Numbered from the stretch's first letter, positions 18,131 to 27,411 are shown. The stretch: 32,000 bases of DNA from Alphaproteobacteria bacterium (GCA_017475605.1 JAFVFD010000005.1:330001-362000), one strand, 5' to 3'. Notes: generated from the letters alone by a model not told the origin. Made by a program: numbers and translations.

Positions 18131-18211
18131 CTATAAAACGTGAATCATAAAAAATCAAGAATGCACATTAAAAAAGTTTGATTATTTATATATTGTGGTA
18201 TTATACCCCCC

Positions 18212-18562
18212 ATGCGAGATACGATTAAGAATCATAAAGATTTTTTAATGACCGATGATAACCCGGTGGCTAAATCGGCGTTCTTTTTCGTACGCATGAA
18301 GCCAGCAGTGGTTCCGAACAAGGCGCGTTATGGGTTAATTGCGACAAAAAAAACCTTTAAATTTGCGGTTCAACGCAATCTGGCTAAACGCAAATTGCGT
18401 GATTGGATACGCTTTTCTGAAAAACATATGCGTCCCGATATGGACTATGTATTTATCGCGCGCAAACCTATTTTGGATGCCCCCCGTGAAGATGGGCGGT
18501 CGGCAATGGTGCGTGCGCTGGTCTATCTTAAAAAACACCCCTTCCCAGATGATGCCGAATAA
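18212..18562 (+). CDS. rnpA: RNase P protein component
   Basis: 116 aa and basic, with KFAVQRNLAKRKLRDWIR (the RNR-box region) and DYVFIARK. yidD follows. Confidence 0.8.
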   Translation: MRDTIKNHKDFLMTDDNPVAKSAFFFVRMKPAVVPNKARYGLIATKKTFKFAVQRNLAKRKLRDWIRFSEKHMRPDMDYVFIARKPILDAPREDGRSAMVRALVYLKKHPFPDDAE

Positions 18563-18788
18563 GCCTTCTTTGCCGGCGCGTATCGCAATTCGTGCCATTC
18601 GTTTCTATCAGCGGAATATTTCCCCTGTAATTGGTGGGCGGTGCGCGTGCCGTTTTACCCCCAGTTGCAGTGAATATACCATAACCGCAATTGCACGATA
18701 TGGGGCGTTTCGTGGGGTATATATGGGGATTAAACGCATATTGCGCTGTCGGCCGGGTGGTGGGTATGGGTATGACCCTGTGCCTTGA
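18549..18788 (+). CDS. yidD: Membrane protein insertion efficiency factor YidD
   Basis: It contains AIRFYQRNISPVIGGRCACRFTPSCSEYTITAIARYGAFRGVYMGIKRILRCRPGGGYGYDPVP. ATG 18549 lies inside the longer track ORF (18339-18788) and overlaps the rnpA end. Confidence 0.88.
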   Translation: MMPNKPSLPARIAIRAIRFYQRNISPVIGGRCACRFTPSCSEYTITAIARYGAFRGVYMGIKRILRCRPGGGYGYDPVP

Positions 18789-18812
18789 CTTTAATTGTTT
18801 ATGTGCTAGAAT
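18785..18812 (+). promoter_or_regulatory. Putative sigma-70 promoter of accBC
   Basis: TTGACT-N16-TAGAAT, 50 nt upstream of the accB ATG. Confidence 0.5.
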
Positions 18813-18861
18813 CAAAGAATACAAGACAAAATATGTATTTATATACAAAAGGGATAATGAT

Positions 18862-19296
18862 ATGTCTTTACGCAGCACCATGAAATCATTGTCAAAAACA
18901 ATGGACGACATGGGCATAACAGAAATCGACTTTGAACGCCGGTATTTATTCGGCCTGGTCAATCGTCGTATACATTTATCAAAGCAGGCCGTTCTGACCG
19001 CACCGGTGGCGAATGCGCCGACTGCACCTGCAACACCGGGTGAAGCAAAACCTGAAATAACCGGACACGCATTAAAATCACCAATGGTTGGTGTCGTTTA
19101 TTTGGCATCTGAACCGGGTGCGGCACCGTTTGTAAAGGTTGGTGCCACCGTACATGCCGGCGATACAGTCGCATTGGTAGAGGCCATGAAAACCTTTAAC
19201 CCAATTAAATCGGATGTTGATGGTGTTGTGAAAAAGATTATGGTTTCAGACGGCGCGGCCGTTGAATTTGACCAACCGTTAATTATTATTGAATAA
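18862..19296 (+). CDS. accB: Biotin carboxyl carrier protein of acetyl-CoA carboxylase
   Basis: It has a C-terminal biotinyl domain with EAMKTFN (the biotinylated Lys), an Ala/Pro-rich linker, and an N-terminal GITEIDFE. The track ORF starts at 18691. I prefer ATG 18862, which follows an AAGGGA SD. Confidence 0.9.
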   Translation: MSLRSTMKSLSKTMDDMGITEIDFERRYLFGLVNRRIHLSKQAVLTAPVANAPTAPATPGEAKPEITGHALKSPMVGVVYLASEPGAAPFVKVGATVHAGDTVALVEAMKTFNPIKSDVDGVVKKIMVSDGAAVEFDQPLIIIE

Positions 19297-19297
19297 A

Positions 19298-20692
19298 ATG
19301 CCAAAGATAAAGAAAGTTTTAATCGCAAATCGTGGTGAAATAGCACTGCGAATAATTCGTGCGTGTCGCGATATGGGTATTCGTACCGTTGCTGTATATT
19401 CAACCGCGGATAAAAACGCAATGCATGTACAGTTGGCGGACGAATCTGTGTGTATAGGGCCCGCGCCGGCGCGCGATTCATACCTGAACGAATCTGCTAT
19501 TTTGACGGCGGCATTGTTGACTAATTCTGATGCGATACACCCGGGATATGGCTTTTTATCTGAACGTGCCGATTTCGCACAAAAGGTTGAACAACATGGC
19601 ATGATTTGGATTGGCCCAAGTCCAGAAATGATTACAAAGATGGGGGACAAGGTTAATGCCAAACAAACCGCGATAAAATGCGGACTGCCGGTGGTACCGG
19701 GGTCGGATGGTGCGGTAAAGTCTGTTGATGATGCGTTAAAATGGGCGGAAAAAATCGGATACCCCGTTATGTTAAAGGCGGCCGCCGGTGGTGGTGGTCG
19801 TGGTATGCGGGCGGTTATGTCCGCCGACGACATGGCCGAGGCTTTTAATATCACCAAGAATGAGGCTAAATCTGGTTTTGGCGACGATACATTGTATATG
19901 GAAAAATTGTTATTACATCCGCGCCATATTGAATTTCAGGTTTTGGGCGACAAACATGGTAATGTTGTGATTTTTGGTGAACGCGATTGTTCGTTACAAA
20001 GAAAAAATCAAAAGGTTATGGAGGAATGCCCCGCCGCCGCCCTTACCCAGAAACAGCGCGATGATATGATTGAAATATGTAAAAACGCGGCCAAGAAAAT
20101 GGGCTATACCAATGCGGGTACCTTTGAATTTATGTTCCAAGATGGCAAGTTTTATTTCCTGGAAATGAATACCAGATTACAGGTGGAACATCCGGTAACA
20201 GAAATGGTTTATGGTGTGGATCTGGTGCGTGAACAAATTCGTGTCGCCGCCGGGGAAAAATTGGGATATACACAATCTAATGTTATCCCGCATGGGCATG
20301 CGATTGAATTTCGTATCAATGCCGAAGATCCTGAAACATTTATTCCATGCCCGGGGACAATATCGCTTTATGCGCCGTCTGGGGGCCTTGGGGTGCGTGT
20401 GGACAGCGCGGTTTACACTGGATACACAATTCCGCCGACATACGATTCAATGATTGCGAAATTGATTGTTCATGCGCAAAGCCGTAGCGCCTGTATAATG
20501 CGTGCATCACGTGCGCTGGACGAATTTGTAATAGAAGGAATCAAAACCACAATTCCATTACAGCAACGTCTGCTTAAAAATGATGATGTGCGGAAATTGA
20601 AATTTGATAATCACTGGTTGGAAAAATATTTGTCCCAAAAGCATGATGAAGATTCGGACGAAGATTCCACCGATGAACCAAAAGAAAAATAA
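19298..20692 (+). CDS. accC: Biotin carboxylase subunit of acetyl-CoA carboxylase
   Basis: It contains KVLIANRGEIALRIIRAC and ATP-grasp motifs (GYPVMLKAAAGGGGRGMR, EMNTRLQVEHPVTE). The ATG lies 1 nt after the accB stop. There is an unusual acidic C-terminal tail, HDEDSDEDSTDEPKEK. Confidence 0.95.
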   Translation: MPKIKKVLIANRGEIALRIIRACRDMGIRTVAVYSTADKNAMHVQLADESVCIGPAPARDSYLNESAILTAALLTNSDAIHPGYGFLSERADFAQKVEQHGMIWIGPSPEMITKMGDKVNAKQTAIKCGLPVVPGSDGAVKSVDDALKWAEKIGYPVMLKAAAGGGGRGMRAVMSADDMAEAFNITKNEAKSGFGDDTLYMEKLLLHPRHIEFQVLGDKHGNVVIFGERDCSLQRKNQKVMEECPAAALTQKQRDDMIEICKNAAKKMGYTNAGTFEFMFQDGKFYFLEMNTRLQVEHPVTEMVYGVDLVREQIRVAAGEKLGYTQSNVIPHGHAIEFRINAEDPETFIPCPGTISLYAPSGGLGVRVDSAVYTGYTIPPTYDSMIAKLIVHAQSRSACIMRASRALDEFVIEGIKTTIPLQQRLLKNDDVRKLKFDNHWLEKYLSQKHDEDSDEDSTDEPKEK

Positions 20693-20720
20693 AAAACACC
20701 GGCATTTGCCGGTATTTTTT
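20691..20720. terminator. Bidirectional intrinsic terminator, repeat-family copy 4 (accC vs T4CP gene)
   Basis: AAAAAAC-ACCGGC-attt-GCCGGT-ATTTTTT at a convergent junction. Confidence 0.8.
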
Positions 20721-22992
20721 ATTCTTTTTCATTAACAAATTCTTTTAATTCACCGGTCATCGGATTATATACACGCGGGTTGCCCGAATAGCCCATAATT
20801 TTATGGTGTGATGGTATCAAAAATTCCGGCAACGGCGATGATTCACCCATCAAAACCTTGGCATGTAGTGCCTTTTGTATCGGTGTTTTATCAAGGAAGT
20901 GTCTTTCCTGGGTGGCCTCTATTGGACGGTGATACCATCCCTGATAAATAACAATTTGTTTACCTTCGTCTAATTTCATAATGTCCATTGGCGAATACAA
21001 CGGTTCAGGGGTCTTTTCTTCCTTGTCCTTGCCATCGGCACCCTTGACAGTTTTAATTTTGATTTTTTGCCCCATCATATTTGAGAAACGTTCCGCCGTT
21101 TCGGGATCGTTTTGGCGCAAAACAATTTTTGCCGCCGTTGTTGATATAATAGTGTCCGCCGCATCCGCACCGTATTTTTCGCGAATCTGGTGAATATCTT
21201 GGCCGATGATAAGGTATGATATTTTCTGTCCGCGCCCAAGGTCGGGTCCCTGGATAATAGCCTGTAATTTTTGCATTTTGGGCATTTCGTCCATTACAAA
21301 CAATACCGGATATGGTCCCATTTTTTTACCATCGCGTTCTGTGTCCGGCGCATTTGCCAGCAGGAAATTAGACATCAATTCAATAAATATACCGGTAATC
21401 GGGTTTAGTGCCTGGGCATCAACCATATTGATAGAAAGGTATACGGATACCGGTTTAACCTTGCCATCACGTGGATCAACCATGCCACGCAGGTCCGAAA
21501 AATGAAAATCGGAATGACTGGTCCGGTTACGCACCGCGGCATTACGGAATATGGACAATCCAGCCATCGCAGTTGATAAAATAGATCCGCGTTCTTTGTC
21601 CGGGGTATTTGCCAATTGGGTCAATTCCAAAACCGCACGATGTGAATATGCGTAACGGCGCGCCTCGTCCACTGCGCCAAGGAACAGTTTTTGCATATTA
21701 TCTTCCATCATAACCATCTGATCGCCGGCACGACGGCGTTCTTCTAATTCATTGGCAATAGAAATCTGGGATGCGTTTAACCAATCAAGAATCATGGAAA
21801 GTGATGCTTCGCGTCCAACCCAGGCGGGCGGAATATGTTCCCATGTGCCAACATGAACATAATTGTCCGCCGTTAATTCACCGCGTTTTAAGGTTGCGAC
21901 CGCCGCGTATGCATTTGGGTCGTCCATCATAGACAGGTAATAATCAGACAATACCGCCGCATCGTCGTCGTTAAATGTTCCATCCTTTAATCGCGCATAA
22001 AAATAGTCATCGGCCTTGGCCCGTTCAACCTTGGATACAATAAAGTGAACCATTCCAGAAAGTGCCGCGCGCCCTGTTATTGTCCAGTGCGGGTCCGCAG
22101 ACGACCCACCAACATCTGGCACCAAAACATTACAAATTGTATCAACATACAAATCGCGTTCTTCGGAATTAAACGGCACATGTTCCGGCGACAACGGATT
22201 CCACGACGGGTAATAAATACCACGCGCGGGGTCGTCCTGGCCCGCCCAATTCATGATAAACACCGGCCCAACCGTCGAACGATAGCCAGATGATTGTTGT
22301 TTCAATTCAGGCTTTGGGTCATTGATAATCATTGAAACATTATCACAATCTAAAATAGTTGGCAAAACAACACCTGCGGTTTTACCGGTCCCCGGGGGCG
22401 CAAGACACAATGCCGACAAAGATTCATCAAACATCAACGGCGCATTTTTCCCCTTGTACTTGAAATAGCCCAACACCATCATAAAGCCGTTAAACAAGCC
22501 TTCTTTATTCTTGTGGTCCTGGCCCATTTGTTTGATATCTTCGGCGGTTGCCTTGCGCGAAGATTTTTCGTCCAATTTATCTTTATCGTTCGGGTTAAAT
22601 TCGGAAACCAATGTGCTGTCCGCCATAATGTAATATGCAATTATTGGAAACAGTGGTGCCATACATGCCATATCTGTATACATCAAACACCGCCATATCC
22701 ACGACGGTATTTCAGCCACAACGGACAAACCAAATGTAGTTAACGCATTGTGCAGATATATTTTTGTCCAAACCATACTTGCCGGGGAAAAGCCATACCG
22801 CCAAACATGTTCTAAAATAAACGATGCGCCAAATGCCAACGCGCAAATCAGCCATATACCAATCGTCCAGCGCAATTCCCAAAATAATCGCGCCATAGGG
22901 ATGCGTTCATGTTCCTTGTACGAAGATGAACTAAAAATATTAAGGCCTTTGCCCTTGCCGCCTGCTGATAAAATCTTGAACTGATTTGCCAT
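20719..22992 (-). CDS. VirD4/TraG-family type IV secretion coupling protein (T4CP)-like ATPase
   Basis: 757 aa. N-terminal TM helices are followed by Walker A in the T4CP context (LCLAPPGTGKTAGVVLPTILDCDNVSMIINDPKPEL). A Walker B/TraG-D_C-type block follows (VLFVMDEMPKMQKLQAIIQGPDLGRGQKISYLIIGQDIHQIREKYGADAADTIISTTAAKIVLRQNDPETAERFSNMMG). Confidence 0.8.
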   Translation of the reverse strand: MANQFKILSAGGKGKGLNIFSSSSYKEHERIPMARLFWELRWTIGIWLICALAFGASFILEHVWRYGFSPASMVWTKIYLHNALTTFGLSVVAEIPSWIWRCLMYTDMACMAPLFPIIAYYIMADSTLVSEFNPNDKDKLDEKSSRKATAEDIKQMGQDHKNKEGLFNGFMMVLGYFKYKGKNAPLMFDESLSALCLAPPGTGKTAGVVLPTILDCDNVSMIINDPKPELKQQSSGYRSTVGPVFIMNWAGQDDPARGIYYPSWNPLSPEHVPFNSEERDLYVDTICNVLVPDVGGSSADPHWTITGRAALSGMVHFIVSKVERAKADDYFYARLKDGTFNDDDAAVLSDYYLSMMDDPNAYAAVATLKRGELTADNYVHVGTWEHIPPAWVGREASLSMILDWLNASQISIANELEERRRAGDQMVMMEDNMQKLFLGAVDEARRYAYSHRAVLELTQLANTPDKERGSILSTAMAGLSIFRNAAVRNRTSHSDFHFSDLRGMVDPRDGKVKPVSVYLSINMVDAQALNPITGIFIELMSNFLLANAPDTERDGKKMGPYPVLFVMDEMPKMQKLQAIIQGPDLGRGQKISYLIIGQDIHQIREKYGADAADTIISTTAAKIVLRQNDPETAERFSNMMGQKIKIKTVKGADGKDKEEKTPEPLYSPMDIMKLDEGKQIVIYQGWYHRPIEATQERHFLDKTPIQKALHAKVLMGESSPLPEFLIPSHHKIMGYSGNPRVYNPMTGELKEFVNEKE

Positions 22993-23049
22993 TGTGTTAT
23001 GATTATATCAGAAAAAAGGCACTTAATAAATCAGATTTGCTAAAAAAAC

Positions 23050-23703
23050 ATGAAAAATATACCAAGAATTTTTATCGGTGATGATATTAAAACCGGTATG
23101 ATAATACCGGCATCACGCGAAATAGCGCATTATCTGGGTCGCGTTATGCGAACACACAACGCGATTGTTTTTGGGGGTGGACATGAATATACCGCAACCC
23201 TGGACGATGCCGGAAAAAATATTATTGTTGGCGCGGACACCGGCCACACCGATCCCACACGTGATATTACACTGTATTTTGCACCGGTAAAACGCACTGA
23301 TGATTTGATAAACATGGCGACACAATTGGGTGTTCGTAGAATAGTTCCTGTTATAACCGAACATACGGTGGCGGAACATATCAATTGGGACCGCATGCGC
23401 AAGATCGCAACCGAGGCATCTGAACAATCAAATCGTAACAGTGTGCCCGAAATTACCCCGCCCGTTAAATTTTCTGATATTGATTTGGCACATATTGCAT
23501 TCGCAGATGAACGCGCGGCACATGGCATGGCGCGCCCAAATACAACAAATATAAAATCTGTTCTTGTCGGACCCGAAGGGGGCTTTTCAGATTCAGAATT
23601 TGCCGCATTGGACAATGCGGGCGCACCCCCCATATCGTTGGGCAAAACAATTTTGCGTGCAGAACTGGCCGCCGCAATCGCAGTATCAAGGGTTGCTGAA
23701 TGA
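23050..23703 (+). CDS. rsmE: 16S rRNA (uracil1498-N3)-methyltransferase
   Basis: 217 aa with IPRIFIG, a PUA-like N-terminus, EASEQSNRNSVPEI, and the SPOUT knot LVGPEGGFSDSEF...ISLGKTILRAE. Confidence 0.88.
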   Translation: MKNIPRIFIGDDIKTGMIIPASREIAHYLGRVMRTHNAIVFGGGHEYTATLDDAGKNIIVGADTGHTDPTRDITLYFAPVKRTDDLINMATQLGVRRIVPVITEHTVAEHINWDRMRKIATEASEQSNRNSVPEITPPVKFSDIDLAHIAFADERAAHGMARPNTTNIKSVLVGPEGGFSDSEFAALDNAGAPPISLGKTILRAELAAAIAVSRVAE

Positions 23704-24395
23704 AAACACGCATCGCAAAGTTTATTGCTGATTCCGGGGTCGCATCACGTCGTGCCGCCGAAGATTTAATCGCAAATGGGCACGTCTTGGTTAACGGCGA
23801 AAAAATTGATACACCGGTGTTCTTTGTTGATGAAAACGATTCTGTTGTTGTTGATGGCAAAAAAATAGAAACGCGCGGCGAAATAAAACTTTATGCTTTT
23901 CATAAACCAATAAACACCATGACGACACGCGCCGACCCGATGGGTCGAAAAACGATTTATGATGTATTGCCGGCGGAATATAAAAACCTTAAATACATCG
24001 GGCGACTTGATTACAAAACGACGGGGTTATTGTTGTTAACAAATGATGGCGAATTGGCACGAAAAATGACCCTGCCCGCATCAAATATTTCGCGTACATA
24101 TATCGCAACTGTATATGGTGATTTATCAAAACTGGATTTGGCGCGTCGTGGTATAACCGTTGATGGTATTAAATATAAACCGATGAAAATAGATGTTATG
24201 GACGAACACAATTTGCGCGTTACAGTTACCGAAGGTAAAAAGAATGAAATTCGCATTGTTCTGCGTGCAATTGGTGCGCCGGTAAAAAAATTACATCGCA
24301 TTTCTTTTGGCAAAATAGAACTTGGTGATTTGCCTGTTGGAAAAATTCGTTTAATTCATCAGAAAACAATTGACCTGATATTAAAATCTTTCTAA
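23700..24395 (+). CDS. Pseudouridine synthase, RsuA/RluB family, with S4 domain
   Basis: It has an S4 domain (RIAKFIADSGVASRRAAEDLIANGHVLVNG), the catalytic GRLDYKTTGLLLLTNDGEL, and TEGKKNEIR. An ATGA overlap links it to rsmE. Confidence 0.88.
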   Translation: MKTRIAKFIADSGVASRRAAEDLIANGHVLVNGEKIDTPVFFVDENDSVVVDGKKIETRGEIKLYAFHKPINTMTTRADPMGRKTIYDVLPAEYKNLKYIGRLDYKTTGLLLLTNDGELARKMTLPASNISRTYIATVYGDLSKLDLARRGITVDGIKYKPMKIDVMDEHNLRVTVTEGKKNEIRIVLRAIGAPVKKLHRISFGKIELGDLPVGKIRLIHQKTIDLILKSF

Positions 24396-24423
24396 TATTG
24401 AATTAAAAGGAAGGGAGATTTAT

Positions 24424-25410
24424 ATGAAAAAAACTACCAAGGCAAAGACGACAAAAACCGTACAGGCCACGAAAACTGCGCCTGTGGCAAAGCCTGCGGC
24501 GAAACAATCATACAACCCGTGGTCGTTTTCGATTTATGTGTATTGGATGATAATTTTGTTTTTCATTGCGGCAACATTTTATATCCTGGGTCGCAGTCAT
24601 GGTGTTTTGAATCATCGTGTTCCATTGAATAATTCTGCAACCGTTACCGAAGAGGCTTTGTTACAGGGTTCAGATTATTACGAATCGGGCAAAACAAAAT
24701 TGTTGGCTGGTAATATCGAAGATGCGATTGCTGATTTGACAACCGCAATTGATGCGGGCAACCCAACGGTTGATATGTATGTTCTGCGTGGCGAGGCTTA
24801 TATGCAAACCGCAAATTATTCCGGTGCGCTGGACGATTTCAATATGGCATTGGAAATGAACCCAACAAGTTCGGTCGCATATTATGATCGTGCATTGTTG
24901 AATACACGTCTTGATAACTATGAAGCGGCCCTGGCCGATATTAATAACGCATTGGCGGCGCGCGCAACAACAGACGAAGATATTTTACAATTGCGTGATT
25001 TGTATGCGAAACGTGGCCAGTTGAATTTATGGTTAAAGAATTGGGACGGTGCAATTGCCGATTATACCAATTCATTGGCGCGGCCAGATGGTATTGTTAA
25101 CCCAACTGTATATGCCGAACGTGCCGAAGCATACACTGCAATCGGTGATTATGCGGCTGCTATTGCGGACTATTCCGCGGCGGTTCGTGTGATTTCTGAA
25201 CAGATTCAGGGCGCACCAACATCGGCGGAACGCGAATCGATGTCTGCGAATGCGATGTCCTATTTTGAAAAGTCTGCGGCATTAAACCTGCAACAGGGCA
25301 ACCCAGATGCCGCAATAAGCGATTTAGAATCGGCGCGTACAATCGCGGTCGCGTTGAATGATACGGAAACGATTGACCGTCTTAATGGCTTAATCGAAGA
25401 ATTGCAGTAA
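24424..25410 (+). CDS. Membrane-anchored TPR-repeat protein
   Basis: 328 aa. A Lys/Thr/Ala-rich N-tail and one TM helix (FSIYVYWMIILFFIAATFYIL) are followed by several TPR-like repeats (AIADLTTAID..., ALDDFNMALEMNP..., ALADINNALA...). A strong SD, GGAAGGGAG, precedes it. Confidence 0.7.
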   Translation: MKKTTKAKTTKTVQATKTAPVAKPAAKQSYNPWSFSIYVYWMIILFFIAATFYILGRSHGVLNHRVPLNNSATVTEEALLQGSDYYESGKTKLLAGNIEDAIADLTTAIDAGNPTVDMYVLRGEAYMQTANYSGALDDFNMALEMNPTSSVAYYDRALLNTRLDNYEAALADINNALAARATTDEDILQLRDLYAKRGQLNLWLKNWDGAIADYTNSLARPDGIVNPTVYAERAEAYTAIGDYAAAIADYSAAVRVISEQIQGAPTSAERESMSANAMSYFEKSAALNLQQGNPDAAISDLESARTIAVALNDTETIDRLNGLIEELQ

Positions 25411-25423
25411 TCATACAAAAAAC

Positions 25424-25454
25424 AAAAAAACACCGGCATTTGCCGGTGTTTTTT
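25424..25454. terminator. Bidirectional intrinsic terminator, repeat-family copy 5 (TPR gene vs porin gene)
   Basis: AAAAAAA-CACCGGC-attt-GCCGGTG-TTTTTT. Confidence 0.85.
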
Positions 25455-25455
25455 A

Positions 25456-26490
25456 TTAAAATGTTAATCGTAGGCCCGCCGATACGAATGGTGTTTCACT
25501 TGTCATACCGGCCGATATCCAACCATCTACATTTTCACTGTATTTATAACGGAACGATGATAAAACAACATGGTTCAAATAATCGTCTACATCGCTTTGC
25601 CAGACACCCGTATCAGACAAAGAATAAGTTAATGATACGCTGTATTTAAGGAAATCATAACTTACCCCGGCACCAACGATAAAACCGTCCGACACAACAC
25701 CAACCGGGTTTTTATCATAAATTGCCCGGCCAGTTAATGCGAAAACCCAACTGTTATATTGAACATTGACCGCAAACGAGGTCTGGGCGCGCCAATCGGC
25801 CGTTACATGCGGCGAATATATAGATTGGCTAAAATTATCCGGCGCATTCATAAACGACATACCAAATGAATATGCTGTTTTAGTTTTTCCGTTCGGCCGA
25901 CGGATTTTTATACCACCATCAATTGTAAAATCATACTTGCTGGTAATACCCGCAACGGAAAGTCCGTATTGAATACCATTTTTGACCGCCGACACAGCAT
26001 TCAAGCGCAAGGCACTTTCCCCGGTGTCCAAGGTAGAATCTGAAATCACTGCGCCATCTGGCTTTATTTCCCGATAAAATATTGGATCATCGTTCGTACG
26101 TAACCCACCAACATCTGGCAGACCCAATCCCAACTTTTCAGACACAGAATCGGTTAACCCAATTTCAATGCGCCCATAATCTTTGACCTGGTACAACGCA
26201 AACAGGTCATCAATTGCACCACCAGTTTCTGTTGTTTTTTGATTTAATGAATAGACCATACCAATTCGTTGACCGTCAGTCAGGTCGTATGTTAATTGTG
26301 CACGTGCCGACCAATCACCAATAAATTCGGCATTCGGTAACGCAAAATTTGGTTCTATTACACCAACATTACCATAGCCGGATACGCGTGCAGAAAAAGC
26401 ATCTTTTTTATATTCAAGTGGTGCCGCAAATGCTGCGCCTGATAAAACGGTGGCAATAACAGATGCTATACCGATATGTGCGATTTTCAT
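25456..26490 (-). CDS. Outer-membrane beta-barrel porin-like protein
   Basis: 344 aa with a signal peptide (MKIAHIGIASVIATVLSGAAFA|AP), alternating amphipathic beta-strand pattern rich in Gly/Tyr/Ser, and a C-terminal aromatic residue (...AGLRLTF). Confidence 0.65.
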   Translation of the reverse strand: MKIAHIGIASVIATVLSGAAFAAPLEYKKDAFSARVSGYGNVGVIEPNFALPNAEFIGDWSARAQLTYDLTDGQRIGMVYSLNQKTTETGGAIDDLFALYQVKDYGRIEIGLTDSVSEKLGLGLPDVGGLRTNDDPIFYREIKPDGAVISDSTLDTGESALRLNAVSAVKNGIQYGLSVAGITSKYDFTIDGGIKIRRPNGKTKTAYSFGMSFMNAPDNFSQSIYSPHVTADWRAQTSFAVNVQYNSWVFALTGRAIYDKNPVGVVSDGFIVGAGVSYDFLKYSVSLTYSLSDTGVWQSDVDDYLNHVVLSSFRYKYSENVDGWISAGMTSETPFVSAGLRLTF

Positions 26491-26493
26491 AAA

Positions 26494-27402
26494 TTACCCC
26501 TGGGATTCTTTTAAAATTGCATCGCGCAGTTTTGCGTATGCGCGTTCTTCTATTTGTCGTACGCGTTCGCGCGAAATATTATATTTTTGCGCCAATGCCT
26601 CTAGTGTTAATGCCGGTTCCGTTAAACGTCGGGCGCGTAAAATCTCGCGGTCGCGTTCCGGTAATGCCGCCAAGTGTTTTTTAAGCAATTCGTACCCCCG
26701 ACGGCGCGTTTCCATTTTTTCAACAGTATCCGCAATACTTTCGCGACCGTCCGACATATTTGATAAAATATCGGTTGATTCTTCGTCGCTTTTCATTGGT
26801 GCGTTCAATGACACATCACGCGCAGAAATACGCGTCGCCATACGTTTTACCTCTGATTCAGGGACGGACAAATATTCCGCCACCTGACGCGTCTGGTCGT
26901 CTGACATATTATTATCCATTATACCCAGTGCGCGTTTTGCGCGCGCCAGGTTAAAGAACACACGTTTTTGATTCGCAGATGTGCCGATTTTAACAATGGA
27001 CCAATTGTTAAGAATTGTTTCATAAATTTCCGCCTTGATCCAAAACATAGCATATGTCGAAAAACGGAAACCTTTTTCCGGGTCGAATTTCTGTAAAGCC
27101 TGCATCAAGCCCATATTACCACTTGCTATTAATTCGCCCAATGGCACACCGTAATTTTTAAAATCATACGCAACAGATACCACAAGGCGAAGATGACTTG
27201 CCACCAGTTTTTCCGCCGCGACATTATCCTGATTTTTTACCCATTGGGTTGCGTATTCATATTCCTGTTCGGCGGTCAAAATGGGTATTTTTTGGATAGT
27301 TTGAATATATTGCGCCAGCCCATTTTCATCACTTACACCACGGGCAGCCACGATACTCGTGTTTGGATTTGCCGGTAATGTGTTCTTGATTTGCTTTTTC
27401 AT
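26494..27402 (-). CDS. rpoH: RNA polymerase sigma-32 (heat-shock sigma factor RpoH)
   Basis: 302 aa with sigma-70 regions 2-4 (SHLRLVVSVAYDFKNYG, GNMGLMQALQKFDPEKGFRFSTYAMFWIKAEI) and the RpoH box (QKRVFFNLARAKR). Confidence 0.92.
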   Translation of the reverse strand: MKKQIKNTLPANPNTSIVAARGVSDENGLAQYIQTIQKIPILTAEQEYEYATQWVKNQDNVAAEKLVASHLRLVVSVAYDFKNYGVPLGELIASGNMGLMQALQKFDPEKGFRFSTYAMFWIKAEIYETILNNWSIVKIGTSANQKRVFFNLARAKRALGIMDNNMSDDQTRQVAEYLSVPESEVKRMATRISARDVSLNAPMKSDEESTDILSNMSDGRESIADTVEKMETRRRGYELLKKHLAALPERDREILRARRLTEPALTLEALAQKYNISRERVRQIEERAYAKLRDAILKESQG

Positions 27403-27411
27403 TACTTTTAT

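Noticed and set aside
18339-18548. N-terminal extension of the yidD ORF (149-aa track ORF), and similarly the 18691-18861 extension of accB, 16700-16777 of metG, 9892-9990 of the DUF421 gene and 3614-3640 of pheT
   Set aside because: The extensions overlap upstream genes or promoters and add non-conserved sequence. Internal ATGs with SDs give N-termini matching the known families.
19279-19857. 192-aa antisense ORF inside accC. Similar long antisense ORFs occur at 23130-23645 (in rsmE), 5008-5403 (in pheT), 10298-10702 (in the DUF421 gene), 28337-28789 (in the BamB-like gene) and 2103-2462 (in rplT)
   Set aside because: Each overlaps a gene with unambiguous conserved motifs on the opposite strand, and the products are low-complexity or Cys/Arg-rich. 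They are typical shadow frames.
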